From the human T2T-CHM13v2.0 reference genome, Homo sapiens, in the NCBI RefSeq assembly GCF_009914755.1, contig NC_060937.1: a DNA stretch of 64,000 bases. One strand, given 5' to 3'. The position numbers were made by a program, and so were the translations under genes. Under the pieces are notes generated by a model. It was not told where the DNA came from. It worked only from the letters and a program-made list of their open reading frames with translations, and did no database searches. Shown piece by piece: positions 26,661 through 41,620 of the stretch. Positions within the stretch are counted from its first letter, which is position 1. Every line of letters begins with the position of its first letter.

Positions 26661-28869
26661 TTAATAACAGACACTGCTACAATGCTTCACATATTGTTTT
26701 TGTTGCAAATATAATATAATACATCTATTAAATGAGTGATAAATCTTCCACCCCATGAAAAAAGATATGTTATTTTATACTCACCAGATCAACCTTGGGT
26801 GTTATATAATCCTCTGAAGATGGCCTTGGCTCAGGAAAAAACTGCATGCAGATTCCTTTAAAGAATGCCATAAAAGTAACATTTGACCATCGGCATGAGA
26901 AGTCAAAAGTCTATGTGCTGGTTTCAAGTTAGTGAGAAGTTACAATGTAGTGTTCATAAAGATACAGGTTGATGGTGTATGCCACATTCTCAAATAGTCT
27001 ATCAACTAGGTTTGGGAGAGGGTCACTGACACAGGGAATTGAGGAAGGAAGCTTTTTCTCTAAGAATAACATTTTTTACTATAGATAATGTGAGCCCTAT
27101 TCTTTTGCGATTTTCTGGTAAAGGAAATTAGAAATTAAACCTTTGGTTACTTAGGAATATTCTTACTTAAACTTTGCCTAGAATATTTTAGCAACAGAAA
27201 CATAACAGTAATGTGTAGTACTTGAAAAATGAAGAGAAACAGAATAAATGAGAGGATTAGCAAAATTTTTTAGTTATATTGAAATTTTAACCTAATAAAA
27301 GAACATATATGTACTACGTAATATGGTTCTTAAACCACAGAGAAATACTGCACTCTGGGCTGATCTTATGCTGCTTTGAGTTTTTGAAATTCAATACTAG
27401 GAATTTTTCAGAAATAGCTGTTTTCCACAGCAGTTTATAGCTGCTTTCCACAGCCTCCTTCTCAATTCTCTACATAAAGGGACAGATGAATAAACTGACA
27501 GCATTTCATATTGTGTTTGATAGGTAACCAAAGCTTTTTGCAGGGGCCAAAATGTGAATGAATCACACACATACAAATATACAAGTGAATTTTAAAGTGC
27601 AAGAAATTGAAAGCAGATGGATCAGTTCTGGTGGTAAGACCATAAGAAAATCATCTTCTCGGAGTTGAGGCTGTTGTTTTTCATTCAAAGCATGCATCAC
27701 AGACCATCCCAGAAGTTTAAAACCAAATATATAGATTAGGCTGGGTGAAATGTTAATCATGTAAAGCAAAACTGAAGGATTTAAGTTTCACACTGAAGTA
27801 TGCACCATATGCATGTTAAATATTGGAAGTTGAAATTCCATCTAACTAATTGACAAAGATACTGAATAAATTTTACATTAAGGGATATATAATTATAGTG
27901 ATATCCTCAAATGCTGATTTACTTAATGAAAAACTGTTTAGCAAAATGAACTCTGATAGTGGAGTGAATCTTACTGGAGATAAACTCTATATCATACTTC
28001 TTTTATATCTTTCACTTATCCACACATCTTTATTTTTAAAAAATGTCATAATGGATATGCATCAATCTTTCTAAAAAAATAAGAAGTGTGTAATTCTACA
28101 GTAAACTACAGTGTTCATATAAATATTTTACATAATATAAGCTCTTCTAAGATGCTGAATACTATAACAGGAAACATAACCATGTTCTGAAGTGCCATCC
28201 AACAGACCAAGTACACTTGAGCAATGAAAACTCAATTAGGTAATTGCAATGATAAATCAGGCAACTATAGACTATATTATTTACTGTCTATTTTAGTTTA
28301 GAAACAAGTAGTGGAAAACAGAACTGCTAGAGCTCCCTACATGTTTTTAGGCTGAGACTGGTAAATGTGCTTCATGTAACAGAAAAATTAATTCAGAATT
28401 CTCCTTTCACCTTTAAGGTATTTCCTTACAAGATAATGGAAGAAAATTGGGTAGCAATATAAATCAGAGCTTTTCTAATTGCATTTAATTCCAACTGCCT
28501 TCAACGAATATCTTCTACTTCTTGTAGAGGATGGAAAATTCTTCCACAAATTGTAACCAGATTGAAAAATGTGAGAAAACAGTGTTTTGATTTAATGTTG
28601 CTCCCTCTCCATAAACCTGAAATTCACTTTATCTCTTTGGGGGAATATCTATTATGTTCACATGAAAAAATTAAATGTCTAATTGACCACTCAATTATAC
28701 AAGCACACAGTATAATCATTCTTAAACACTTTGGTTTGCACACTTGTCTTCCTGAAATGGTTATCTTTATTATTATTGTTTTAGAAATTCCATTTGAACT
28801 TGCATGGGAGGCAGGATTCTAAGGTGGCTGCAAGATTTCTACTCCATAGTACACATGCCTTGGCTAGAC

Positions 28870-29430
28870 TGAGCAGTGAAGCCAGCTGGGCTTCTGGGTG
28901 GGGTGGGGACTTGGAGAAATTTTGTGTCCAACTAAAGGATTGTAAATGCACCAATCAGTGCTCTGTGTCTAGCTAAAGGATTGTAAAAGCACCAATCGGC
29001 ACTCTGTAAAAATGCACCAATCAGCACTCTGTAAAATGGACCAATCAGCAGGATGTGGGTGGGGCCAAATAAGGGAATAAAAGCTGGCCACCCAAGCCAG
29101 CAGCGGCAATCTGCTTGAGTCTCCTTTCACACTGTGGAAGCTTTGTTTTTTCACTCTTCACAATGAATCTTGCTGCTGCTCACTCTTTGGGTCTGCACCG
29201 ACTTTAAGAGCTGTAACACTCGCTGAAAAGATCTGCAGCTTCATTCTTGAAGTCAGTGAGACTACGAACCCACTGTAAGGAAGAAACTCCGGACACATCT
29301 GAACATCTGAAGGAACAAACTCCGGACACACCATCTTTAAGAGCTGTAACACTCACCGCAGAGGTCCACGGCTTTATTCTTGAAGTCAGAGAGACCAAGA
29401 ACCCACCGGAAGGAATAAATTCTGGACACA
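28870..29430 (+). mobile_element. LTR12 (ERV9) solo LTR, LTR12F-like
   Basis: TGAGCAGTGAAGCCAGCTGGGCTTCTGGG start, CTAAAGGATTGTAAATGCACCAATCAG repeats, GAGCTGTAACACTCACCGC U5 repeats, ends GGACACA. Flanks AGAC/AGAT (4-bp TSD, one mismatch). Confidence 0.95.
28951..29085 (+). promoter_or_regulatory. LTR12 promoter core: four CCAAT boxes, GT/GC box, AATAAAA TATA-like box
   Basis: CCAAT at 28951, 28992, 29017 and 29041; GGGTGGGG at 29057; GAATAAAAG at ~29075. Activity is not demonstrable from sequence. Confidence 0.6.
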
Positions 29431-29944
29431 AGATTACATTATAGGACAAAAGTAAATAGATTTTGCAGATACATTTAAGATCTCTCATTGATTGACTTTG
29501 AGATAACTAACAGGGAAATTATCCTGGGTGGCTTTCATAAGCATGTAAGCAGGTAGTAAGAAAGTGAACCCTGTAAAAGAGGGACAAAGATAAGAGAAAG
29601 AAAGTAGTAGACACTTCTCTTGGTCTTTGGAAAAGACCAAGCTTTGAAATAAATAGCATACTATCATGTTGTGAAGAGGACCGTGTGGTAAGGAATAATA
29701 GGTAGTTTCCAGAAGCTGAGGACCTCACTCCTACAACTTCAAGGAATTTCCAATAGCCAGTGAACCTGGCGGAAAACCCTGGGCCTCAGATTAGATTACC
29801 ACCCTGGCTGATACCTTGACTGACCCATTGTGAAGACCATGAGCAACGGATTCAGTCAATCCACATCCGAGATTCCACCCTGCAAAATATGAATCTTGTT
29901 TTAAAACACAAAATTTGTGTTATTTTATTACATAGCAAAGATAA

Positions 29945-30303
29945 TGATATAGTTTGGCTGTGTCCCCACCCAAATCTCATCTTGAATTGTAACTGTCACA
30001 ATTCCAATTGTGTGGTGGGAGGAACCTGGTGGGAGGTAGTTGAATCATGGGGGAGGATCTTTCTCATGCTGTTTGGTGATACTGAATAAGTCTCACGAGA
30101 TCCGATGGTTTTAAAAATGGGAGTTTCCCTGCACAAGCCCTCTTCTCTTTTCTGCCGCCATGTGAGGCATGACTTTAACTTTCTGCCATGATTGTAAGGC
30201 CTCCCCAGCCATGTAGAACTGTAAGTTCATTAAACCTCTTTCTTTTGTAAATTGCCCAGGCTTGGGTATGTCTTTATCAGCAGTGTGAAAACGGACTAAT
30301 ACA
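29945..30303 (+). mobile_element. THE1 (THE1B/C-like) solo LTR
   Basis: TGATATAGTTTGGCTGTGTCCCCACCCAAATCTCATCTTGAATTGTA...GGACTAATACA, 359 bp, flanks GATAA/GATGA. Confidence 0.95.
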
Positions 30304-30308
30304 GATGA

Positions 30309-30965
30309 TGTGTTAGTCTGTCCTCACACTGCTATAAAGATGTTACCTGAGACTGAAAGAGGTTCAATTGACTCACAGTTCTGCATCATGGCTGGGGAGG
30401 CCTCAGGAAACTCACAATCACAGTGGAAGGCGAAGGGGAAGCAGGCACCTTATCCCAAGGTGGCAGAAGAGAGAGTGAGTGAAGAGGGAATTGCCACAGA
30501 CTTTTTTATTTTTATTTTTATTTTTATTTTTGAGACAGAGTCTCGCTCTGTCATCCAGGCTGGAGTGAAGTGGCACAATCTTGGCTCACTGCAAGCTCCA
30601 CCTCCCGGGTTCACACCATTCTCCTGCCTCAGTCACCCGCCACCACACCCAGCTAATTTTTTGTATTTTTTTAGTAGAGATAGGATTTCACCGTGTTAGC
30701 CAGGATGGTCTCGATCTCCTGACCTTGTGATCTGCCCATCTTGGCCTCCCAAAGTGCTGGGATTACAGTTGTGAGCCACTGTGCCTGGCCTGCCACAGAC
30801 TTTTAAACCATCAGATCGCATGAAAACTCCCTTATTATTATGAGAACGGCATGGGGGGAATCTGCCTGTATGATCCAATCACCTCCCACCAGATCCCTCC
30901 CTGGACACCTGGGCATTACAATTCAAGATATGATTTGGGTCGGGAGACAGAGCCAAAGTATGTCA
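30309..30965 (-). mobile_element. MSTA/THE1D-like solo LTR interrupted by an Alu
   Basis: TGTGTTAGTCTG...GGCCTCAGGAAACTCACAATCA...GATTTGGGT...CAGAGCCAAA.TATGTCA, flanks GATGA/GATAA. Confidence 0.9.
30506..30790 (-). mobile_element. AluY-like element with a ~23-bp internal deletion
   Basis: AluY diagnostics; perfect 14-bp TSD TGCCACAGACTTTT at 30492-30505 and 30791-30804. Confidence 0.95.
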
Positions 30966-31702
30966 GATAACTAATACGACTCTTCCATTAAAAGCAAGAT
31001 GATATTAATAAATCAAATCTTTCTGTCTCAGGGATTTCAATAGGACATTCCAAAACTAGGCCATTATTGATAAAAATACCAACACTCTGGTGCATTTTTA
31101 AAACTCTGAATAAAATAGAAATAGAGACTTACAAGAATTTTTTCCTGGAAGTTAAACTGCATTAACTTTAATACTCTTGTATGAAATAAGGCTCAGAAAT
31201 CTGGAACATAAGTTAAAATGATTTTTCAGTTTGGTGGTCTGTATAGATAGGTTTACTCTAAATTTCTTCTGGAGCATGTTAACATTCTTAAATACAAACC
31301 AAAAATTTATCCATTGAATATATACACAAAGCATGGAATCCAGAAGCAAATGCCACTTTCAGAAGCAGAAAAAGGGAAAACATTCAGCCACTCATGCATG
31401 TGTAAATCACCTTTAACTAGATACTTATATATTTGACTGAATAATGGTAGTAAGGAATTTCCAAACTCAGTGGAAATAAACTAACAATATAAAAACAGTG
31501 AACTGCGGCTGGTGAAGTGGTGCTTTATTAATCAGTTAAAAAGTTATTTTTGTTTCACATGCCACTTCTTACCCTTTCCACTTACCTCAAAAATTAACAT
31601 ATTCAACCTCATTAGAGAAATGTTTTACCAGATAATATTTGATTTTATGTAATTGAAATAGCATGAATACATTATAATTTTTTAAAAAAACAAAACAAAA
31701 CA

Positions 31703-32038
<336 letters not shown>

Positions 32039-33112
32039 TCAGATAAGACCCAGAAAACTAAAGGAAAAGTAAAAATTTTACTTAAACTGTATATGCATTT
32101 CACAATCTGAAGGCATAAGAAAGCCAACTGAGGTAAATTTCATTTTAAAAAAAATTACTGTGTATGTTTAAAGTATACAACATGGCGATATGGGATACAT
32201 ACACATAGATGGTAGAAATGTTGCTACAGTGAAATAAATTAACTTATTTATTATCTCACAGTTACCGATTTGTTTTTGTTTTTGTGGCAAGAGAAGCTAA
32301 AATCAAATTTAGTATGAATTCCATATATGGTACTATTCTACTACCTTTTTGTCCCTTGATGGACATTAGATCTCTAGACTTATTCATCCCACATATCTGC
32401 TTCTTTGTATCCTCTGAACCACATATCTCCATTCCCTCTCTCTACCCTATCCCTGGTAACCACTGATTTGTTCTCTCTCTCTCTCTCTCTGTATATCTGA
32501 GCTGTAAAATTATATTCAACATATAAGTGAGATCATGCAATATTTTTCTTTCTATATCTGGCATATTTTGCTTAGCATACTGTTCTCAAGATTGGTCTAG
32601 GTGGTGGCAAGTAGCAAAATTGTGTTCCTTTTTAGGGCTGAATAAAATTCCACTGTACATATGTACCACTGTTTCTTTATCCATTCACCTGTCATTGAAC
32701 ATTTAGGTTGTTTCTATATCTTGGCTACTGTAAATAATGTTGCAAAGAACATGGGAGTGCAGGTATCTTGATGAGGCGGTGATTTCATTTTCTTTTGGTA
32801 CATGTTCAGAAGAGGAATTTCTGGGTCACATGGTAGTTCTATTTTTAATTTCTGTGGAAACCACCATGCTGTTTTTTATAATGACTGTGTGTACATTCCC
32901 AACAAAGGGTATGAGTTCCCTTTTCCCCACACCTTTGGCAACGTTTGTTATCGTTTGATTTTTAATAGCCAATCTAGTTGGTGTGAGGTGGTATCTCATA
33001 GTAGTTTCATTTTGCATTTTTCTGACAATTAATGATGTTAAGCACCTTTTCATATAACTGTTAGCACTTATGTCTTCCTTGGAAAAATGTCTATTCATGT
33101 CTTTTGCTCATG

Positions 33113-33245
33113 TTTTTTTATTATACTTTAAGTTTTAGGGTACATGTGCACAACGTGCAGGTCAGTTACATATGTATACATGTGCCAGGTTGGTGTGCTG
33201 CACCCGTTAACTCGCCATTTAACATTAGGTATATCTCCTAATGCT
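33113..33245 (-). mobile_element. Young L1PA 3'-terminal stub (133 bp)
   Basis: TTATTATACTTTAAGTTTTAGGGTACATGTGCACAACGTGCAGG...ATCTCCTAATGCT. Confidence 0.92.
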
Positions 33246-35624
33246 CTCTACTTTCCCAGTTTTGAGATGCATGACTTCCTTATAAATTTTGGATATTAAC
33301 CCTCTTATTAGACGTGTGGTTTGCAAATATATTTTCCCATCCATAGGCTGCTGTCTCATTTCCCCATGTTGTATAGAAGCTTTTCAGTTTGGTGTACTTG
33401 CATTTGTTTATTTTTTCCTTTGTGGCCTGAGCTTTTGGTGTTATATCTCAAAAATCATCGCCAGGAGCTTTTCCCTTATGAGTTACTCTAGAAGTTTTAT
33501 AGTTTCTGTTCTTATATTTAGGTCTTTTATCCATTTTGAATTGTTTTTGTGTATGCTAAAATGGTCAAATTTCATTCCCTGTGATGTAGAAATTTCATTT
33601 TCTCAGCACCATTTATTAAAGAGGCTGTCATTTCTCCATTGTGTTTTCTTGGGCCCCTCCTTAAAAATCAGTTGACCATATATATTTGGATTCATTTCTG
33701 AGCTCTCTATTTTATTCCACTGGTGTATGTGTCAGTTTTTTATGCCAGTATTACATTATTTTGATTAACATAGCTTTGTAATACAATTTTAAATAAGAGA
33801 AATGTGATGCCTCCAACCTTGTTTCTATTTCTCAGAATTGTTTTGGCTACTCAACAATTTGGGGGTCTTTTATGAGTCCATAGATATTTTAAGATTTTTT
33901 TTCTATTTCTGTGAGGAGTGTGATTAGAACTTTGATAGGCAATGCATTGAATCTGAATATTGCCTTTGCACTATGGACAGTTAAGCAGTATTATTTTTTC
34001 TGACCTATGTTCATGAAATATCTTTACTTTTTTGTGTCTTCATCAATTTCTTTTTATCAATGTTTATAATTTTCAGTGTACAAATATTTTACCTCCTTGT
34101 TTACATTTTTATTCATAGGTATTTATTATTTTGATGCTATAAGAATGGGATTTTATAATTTCTTTTTCAATATACTCATTTTCAATTAGCACATTAAAAT
34201 GTTGCTAATTTTGTGTACTGATTTTGTGTCCCGAAATTTTATTGAATTCATTTCTGACTTCTAATGGTTATTTTTGTGAAATATTTGGGGTTTAAAAATA
34301 TAAGATCATGTTATCTGCAAATAAAAATAATTAGACTTTTTTCCTTTGTAATTTGGAGGGTTTCTTATTTTTCTTTTCTGATTGATTTTGCTAGTACTTA
34401 GAGTCTATAGATAGACATGATGAGAGTGGGTGTCCTTGCCTTCAATCAAAGTTTAGTGGAAAAGTTTTCAATTTCCCCCATTGATTATAACGTTAGCTGT
34501 GGGTTTTTAATAAATGGTTTGATTATGTTGAGGAACTTTCCTTTCTATGCCTAAAGTGTTGAGAGTTTTTATTAAGAAATATCATTGACCTTTTTAAAAT
34601 TTTCAATATCAATTGAAATGATCATGTGTTTTTTGATCTTTCATTTTGTTATTGTGATATATTGCATTTATTGATTTACATATTTTAAGCCAGACTTGCA
34701 TGCCAGAGACAAATCCCACTTGGTCATAATGTGTAATCTTTTCGATGTGTTATTGGAATATGTTTGCTAATCCTTTTTATTGGGAATGTTTGTATTGACG
34801 CTCATCCGAGAAATTGGGCTGTAGTTTATTTTCTTGTGATGTTTTTGCCTGGCTTTGGTATCAAGGTGATGTTCACCTCATAAAATATGTTTGCAAGTAT
34901 TTCCTCCACATCTATTTTTTGGAAGAGTATAAGAAATACGGGTATTAGTTCTTTGAATTTTGTAGAATTACACTGTAAAGCCACCTGGTGCTGAGTTTTC
35001 TTTTTGGGGTAAGTTTTTGATTAATTCTTCAATTTATTTCTTTGTATTTGTCTGTTCACTCTTTCTATTTCTCCCTGATTTACTCTTAGTAGATTACATC
35101 CTGTTGGAATTTATCCACTTCCTCTAGATTATCCAATTTGTTGGCAAGTAATTATTCATAATATTCCCTTAATATTATCTCATTTCTGAGGTGTCTGTTT
35201 TAATTTCTTCATGTTTATTTTTCATTTATTGGAGTCTTTTTTCTTTTTGTAGACTACCTAAAACTTTGTCAATTTTGTTTATTAAAAAAACCTGTTTTAT
35301 GGATTACTTCTGTAGTTTTTCTGTTCTCCATTTGATTTATTTTTGTTCTGATTTGTAATTATTTTCTTCTGTCTGCTACTTTTGGGTTTAGTTTGCTTTT
35401 CTTTTGTTCATTCCTTAAGAAATAATGTTAGACTATATATTTGGGGACTTCTTTTCTAATGTATGCATTTATTCCTATAAAATTCCTTCTTACAATTGCA
35501 TATGCTGCATTTCATAGGTTATAGTATGTTTTGTTTCCATTGTTATTTGTCTCAAGTTATTTTTAATTCCCCTTTTGATTTCTTCTTTGATCCATTGGTT
35601 GTTTAGGAGAATGACATTTAATTT

Positions 35625-35688
35625 TCACAAATTCCATATTTGTGAATTTTCTAAAATCACAAATTCCATATTTGTGAATTTTCTAAAA
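35625..35688 (+). repeat. Perfect 32-bp tandem duplication
   Basis: TCACAAATTCCATATTTGTGAATTTTCTAAAA twice. Confidence 0.95.
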
Positions 35689-35954
35689 TCCTTCTATTAT
35701 TGATTTCTAGTTTCATAACATTGTTGTATGAGATGATATGGATATGATTTCAATCTTACTTGTTTTGTGGACTAAGATATGATCTATCCTGGAGAATGTT
35801 CCATGTGCACTGACAAAAAAAGGTATATTCTGTTGTTGTTGGATGAAAAGTTCTACAAATGTTGTTAGGTCCATTTGGCCAAAAGTGTAATTCAAGTCCA
35901 GTATTTCATGTCCATTAATATTTGCTTTATATATTTAGGTGCTCCAACATTTAG

Positions 35955-36021
35955 TGTATATACATAAATATATACACACTATATATATACACACACTATA
36001 TATATACACTATATATATACA
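35955..36021 (+). repeat. TA/CA-rich compound microsatellite
   Basis: TATATACACACTATATATATACACACACTATATATATACAC. Confidence 0.85.
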
Positions 36022-37592
36022 GTAATTATATTATCCTGATTAAAGGACCCCTTGATAATTAAATAATAACCGACTCTGTTGCCTGTGATAATTTTTGACT
36101 TGAAGTCTGTTTTATCAGATATAGGGATAGCCATCACTCCTCTCTTTTTGTTATCTTTTGCAGGAAATATTTTCTTTCACCCTGTCACTTTCAACCTATA
36201 TGTGTCCTTAAAGATTTCTAGTGGGTGTCATATAGGTGAGTCTATTTTTTTAATCCATTCAGTCACTTTATGTCTTTTGATTAGAAAATTTAGTCCATTG
36301 AGAGTTAAGGTTATTATTTATAAGTCAGGACTTAATATTTTGTTGTTTGTTTTCTCATTCTTTTGTAGTTCCGTTGTTCCCTTTTATCTCTGTTGTCTAC
36401 TTTCATGATTTAATAGGATTCTGTAGTGTTAAACTTTTATTTCTATCTTCCATAAATTTTCTGTAGTTTTTTGTTTTGTGTTTTTCACGAGGCTTACATA
36501 AAATATCTTATTATCTATTCTAAACTGATAACTTTTATTGCATTAAAAACTCTAGAATGTTATCCTCCCCACAAGTTAAGTTTTTGATACCACAATTTAC
36601 ATATTTTTATATTGCATATCTTTATCTTTGACAATTTTTATTTTTCCATCACAATAGAGATATGTATGATTTACCACACCAGCATTACAGTATTAGAGTA
36701 TTCTGGACTTGACTACTTACCTCTAGCAGTGAAGTTTATATTTTCATATGTATTCATGATAGTAATGATTGTCTTTCTGTTTCCACTTGAATAACTTCTT
36801 TAAGCATTTCTTGTAAGGAGAGTCTAGTGGTAATGAGTTCTCTCAGCTTTTACTTGACTGCCAAAGACTTCATTTCTACTTCATTTCTGAAGCACAGATT
36901 TGCTTGGTATAATATTCTAGGTTGGAAGGTTTTTTTTTTTTCCTTTCAGTGCTTTGAATATATAATTCCATTCTCTCCTGGCCTACAAGACTTCTACTGA
37001 GAAATCTTCGGATAGTCCCGTGGATATTTCCTTATATGTTACTTGATACTTTTCTTATGCTGTTTTTAAAACTCTCCCATTGTTTTTTACTTTTGATATT
37101 TGATTATAACATGCCTCAAAGAGGACATCTTTGCTTCAAATCTATTCGAGAATCTTTGAGTTTCCCCGATCCGGATGTCCGTATCTCTCACAAGACTTGG
37201 GAAGTTTTCAGGATTTATTTTATTAATAAGCTTCTGTCTCTTCTTCTTTCTTTCAAAAACATTCACAATAAGGATACCTATTCACTTAATGGTGTCACAT
37301 AAGTCCTATAGGCTGGATTAATTATTTTTCTTTTCTTTTTTTTAATTTTTTAACTGCATCTCTAATGGAATATACGTCATTTCAATTGACCTATATTCGA
37401 GTTCATAAATTATTCTTTTTGCTTAATCTAGTCTGCTGTTGAAGTGGTCAGTTGTATTTTCCATTTCATTGATTGAATTCTTTAGCTCCAACATTTCTAT
37501 TTGAGAATTATTTATGTAATCTCTTTGTTGAATTTCTCATTTAAATTACAATTTGTTTTCCTGATTTTATTGTATTTTCTATTTTTATTCTT

Positions 37593-40560
<2,968 letters not shown>

Positions 40561-40599
40561 CCATTAATTGATGCAGTTTCTTCATAGTGTTGAAGGTCT

Positions 40600-41620
40600 T
40601 TACAATTTGTCATGTTTATGTATGCCATGGCTGGTGCCAGTTGTTCCTTTCCATGTTTAATGCTTCCTTTAGAAGCTCTTGTAAGGCAGGCCTGGTGGTG
40701 ACAAAATCTCTCAGCATTTGCTTGTATGTAAAGGATTTTCTTTCTCCTTCACTTATGAAGCTTATTTTGGCTGGATATGAAATTCTGGATTTTCTTTAAG
40801 AATGTTGAATATTGGCCCCCACTCTCTTCTGGCTTGTAGTGTTTCTCTCAAGAGATCCACTGTTAGTGTAATGGGTTTCCCTTTGTGGGTAACCCGACCT
40901 TTCTCTCTGGCTGCCCTTAACATTTTTTCTTTCATTTCATCCTTGGTGAATCTGACAATTATGTGTCTTGGGGTTGCTCTCCTCAAGGAGTATCTTTGTG
41001 GTGTTCTCTGTATTTCCTGAATTTGAATGTTGGCCTGCTTTCCACAGCTGGGGAAGTTCTCCTGTATAATATCCTGACGAGTGTTTTCTAACTTGGTTCC
41101 ATTCTCCCCGTCACTTTCAGGTACACCAATCAAACATAGATTTGGTCTTTTCACATAGTCCCGTATTTCTTGGAGGCTTTGTTCATTTATTTTCACTCTT
41201 TTTTCTCTAATCTTGTCTTCTCGCTTTGTATCATTAATTTGATCTTCAATCACTGATATCCTTTCTTCCACTTGATCAAATCAGCTATTGAAGCTTGTGC
41301 ATGTGTCACAAAGTTCTCGTGCTGTGGTTTTCAGCTCCATCAGATCATTTAAGGTCTTCTCTAGACTGTTTATTCTAGTTAGCCTTTCATCTAACATTTT
41401 TCCAAGAATTTTTGCTTCCTTGCGATGGGTTAGAACATGCTCCTTTAGCTCAGAGATGTTGTTATTACTGAGCTTCTGAAGACTACTTCTGTCAACTCAT
41501 CAAACTCATTCTCATCCAATTTTGTCCGTTGCTGGCAAAGAGCTGCAATCCTTTGGAAGAGAAGATGTGCTCTGGTTTTTGGAATTTTCAGCTTTTCTGT
41601 TCTGGTTCGCCCCATCTTTG
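40600..41620 (-). pseudogene. Disrupted LINE-1 ORF1p (RNA-binding chaperone)
   Basis: ORF 40762-41271 gives RPNLCLIGVPESDGENGTKLEN...RATPRHIIVRF...ARREWGPIFNILKE; frameshifted on both sides. Confidence 0.9.

Larger units (their letters stand above)
28801..30978 (+). mobile_element. MLT1E-like MaLR LTR in three pieces (28801-28869, 29431-29944, 30966-30978), hosting LTR12, THE1, MST and Alu
   Basis: Start AGGCAGGATTCTAAGGTGGC, body GATTTTGCAGAT...GGGAAATTATCCTGGGTGG, terminus GATAACTAATAC at 30966. Confidence 0.8.

Noticed and set aside
28930-29430. Regularly spaced repeats resembling a CRISPR-like array
   Set aside because: These are the intrinsic U3 (CCAAT) and U5 tandem repeats of LTR12, in eukaryotic DNA with no unique spacers or cas genes.
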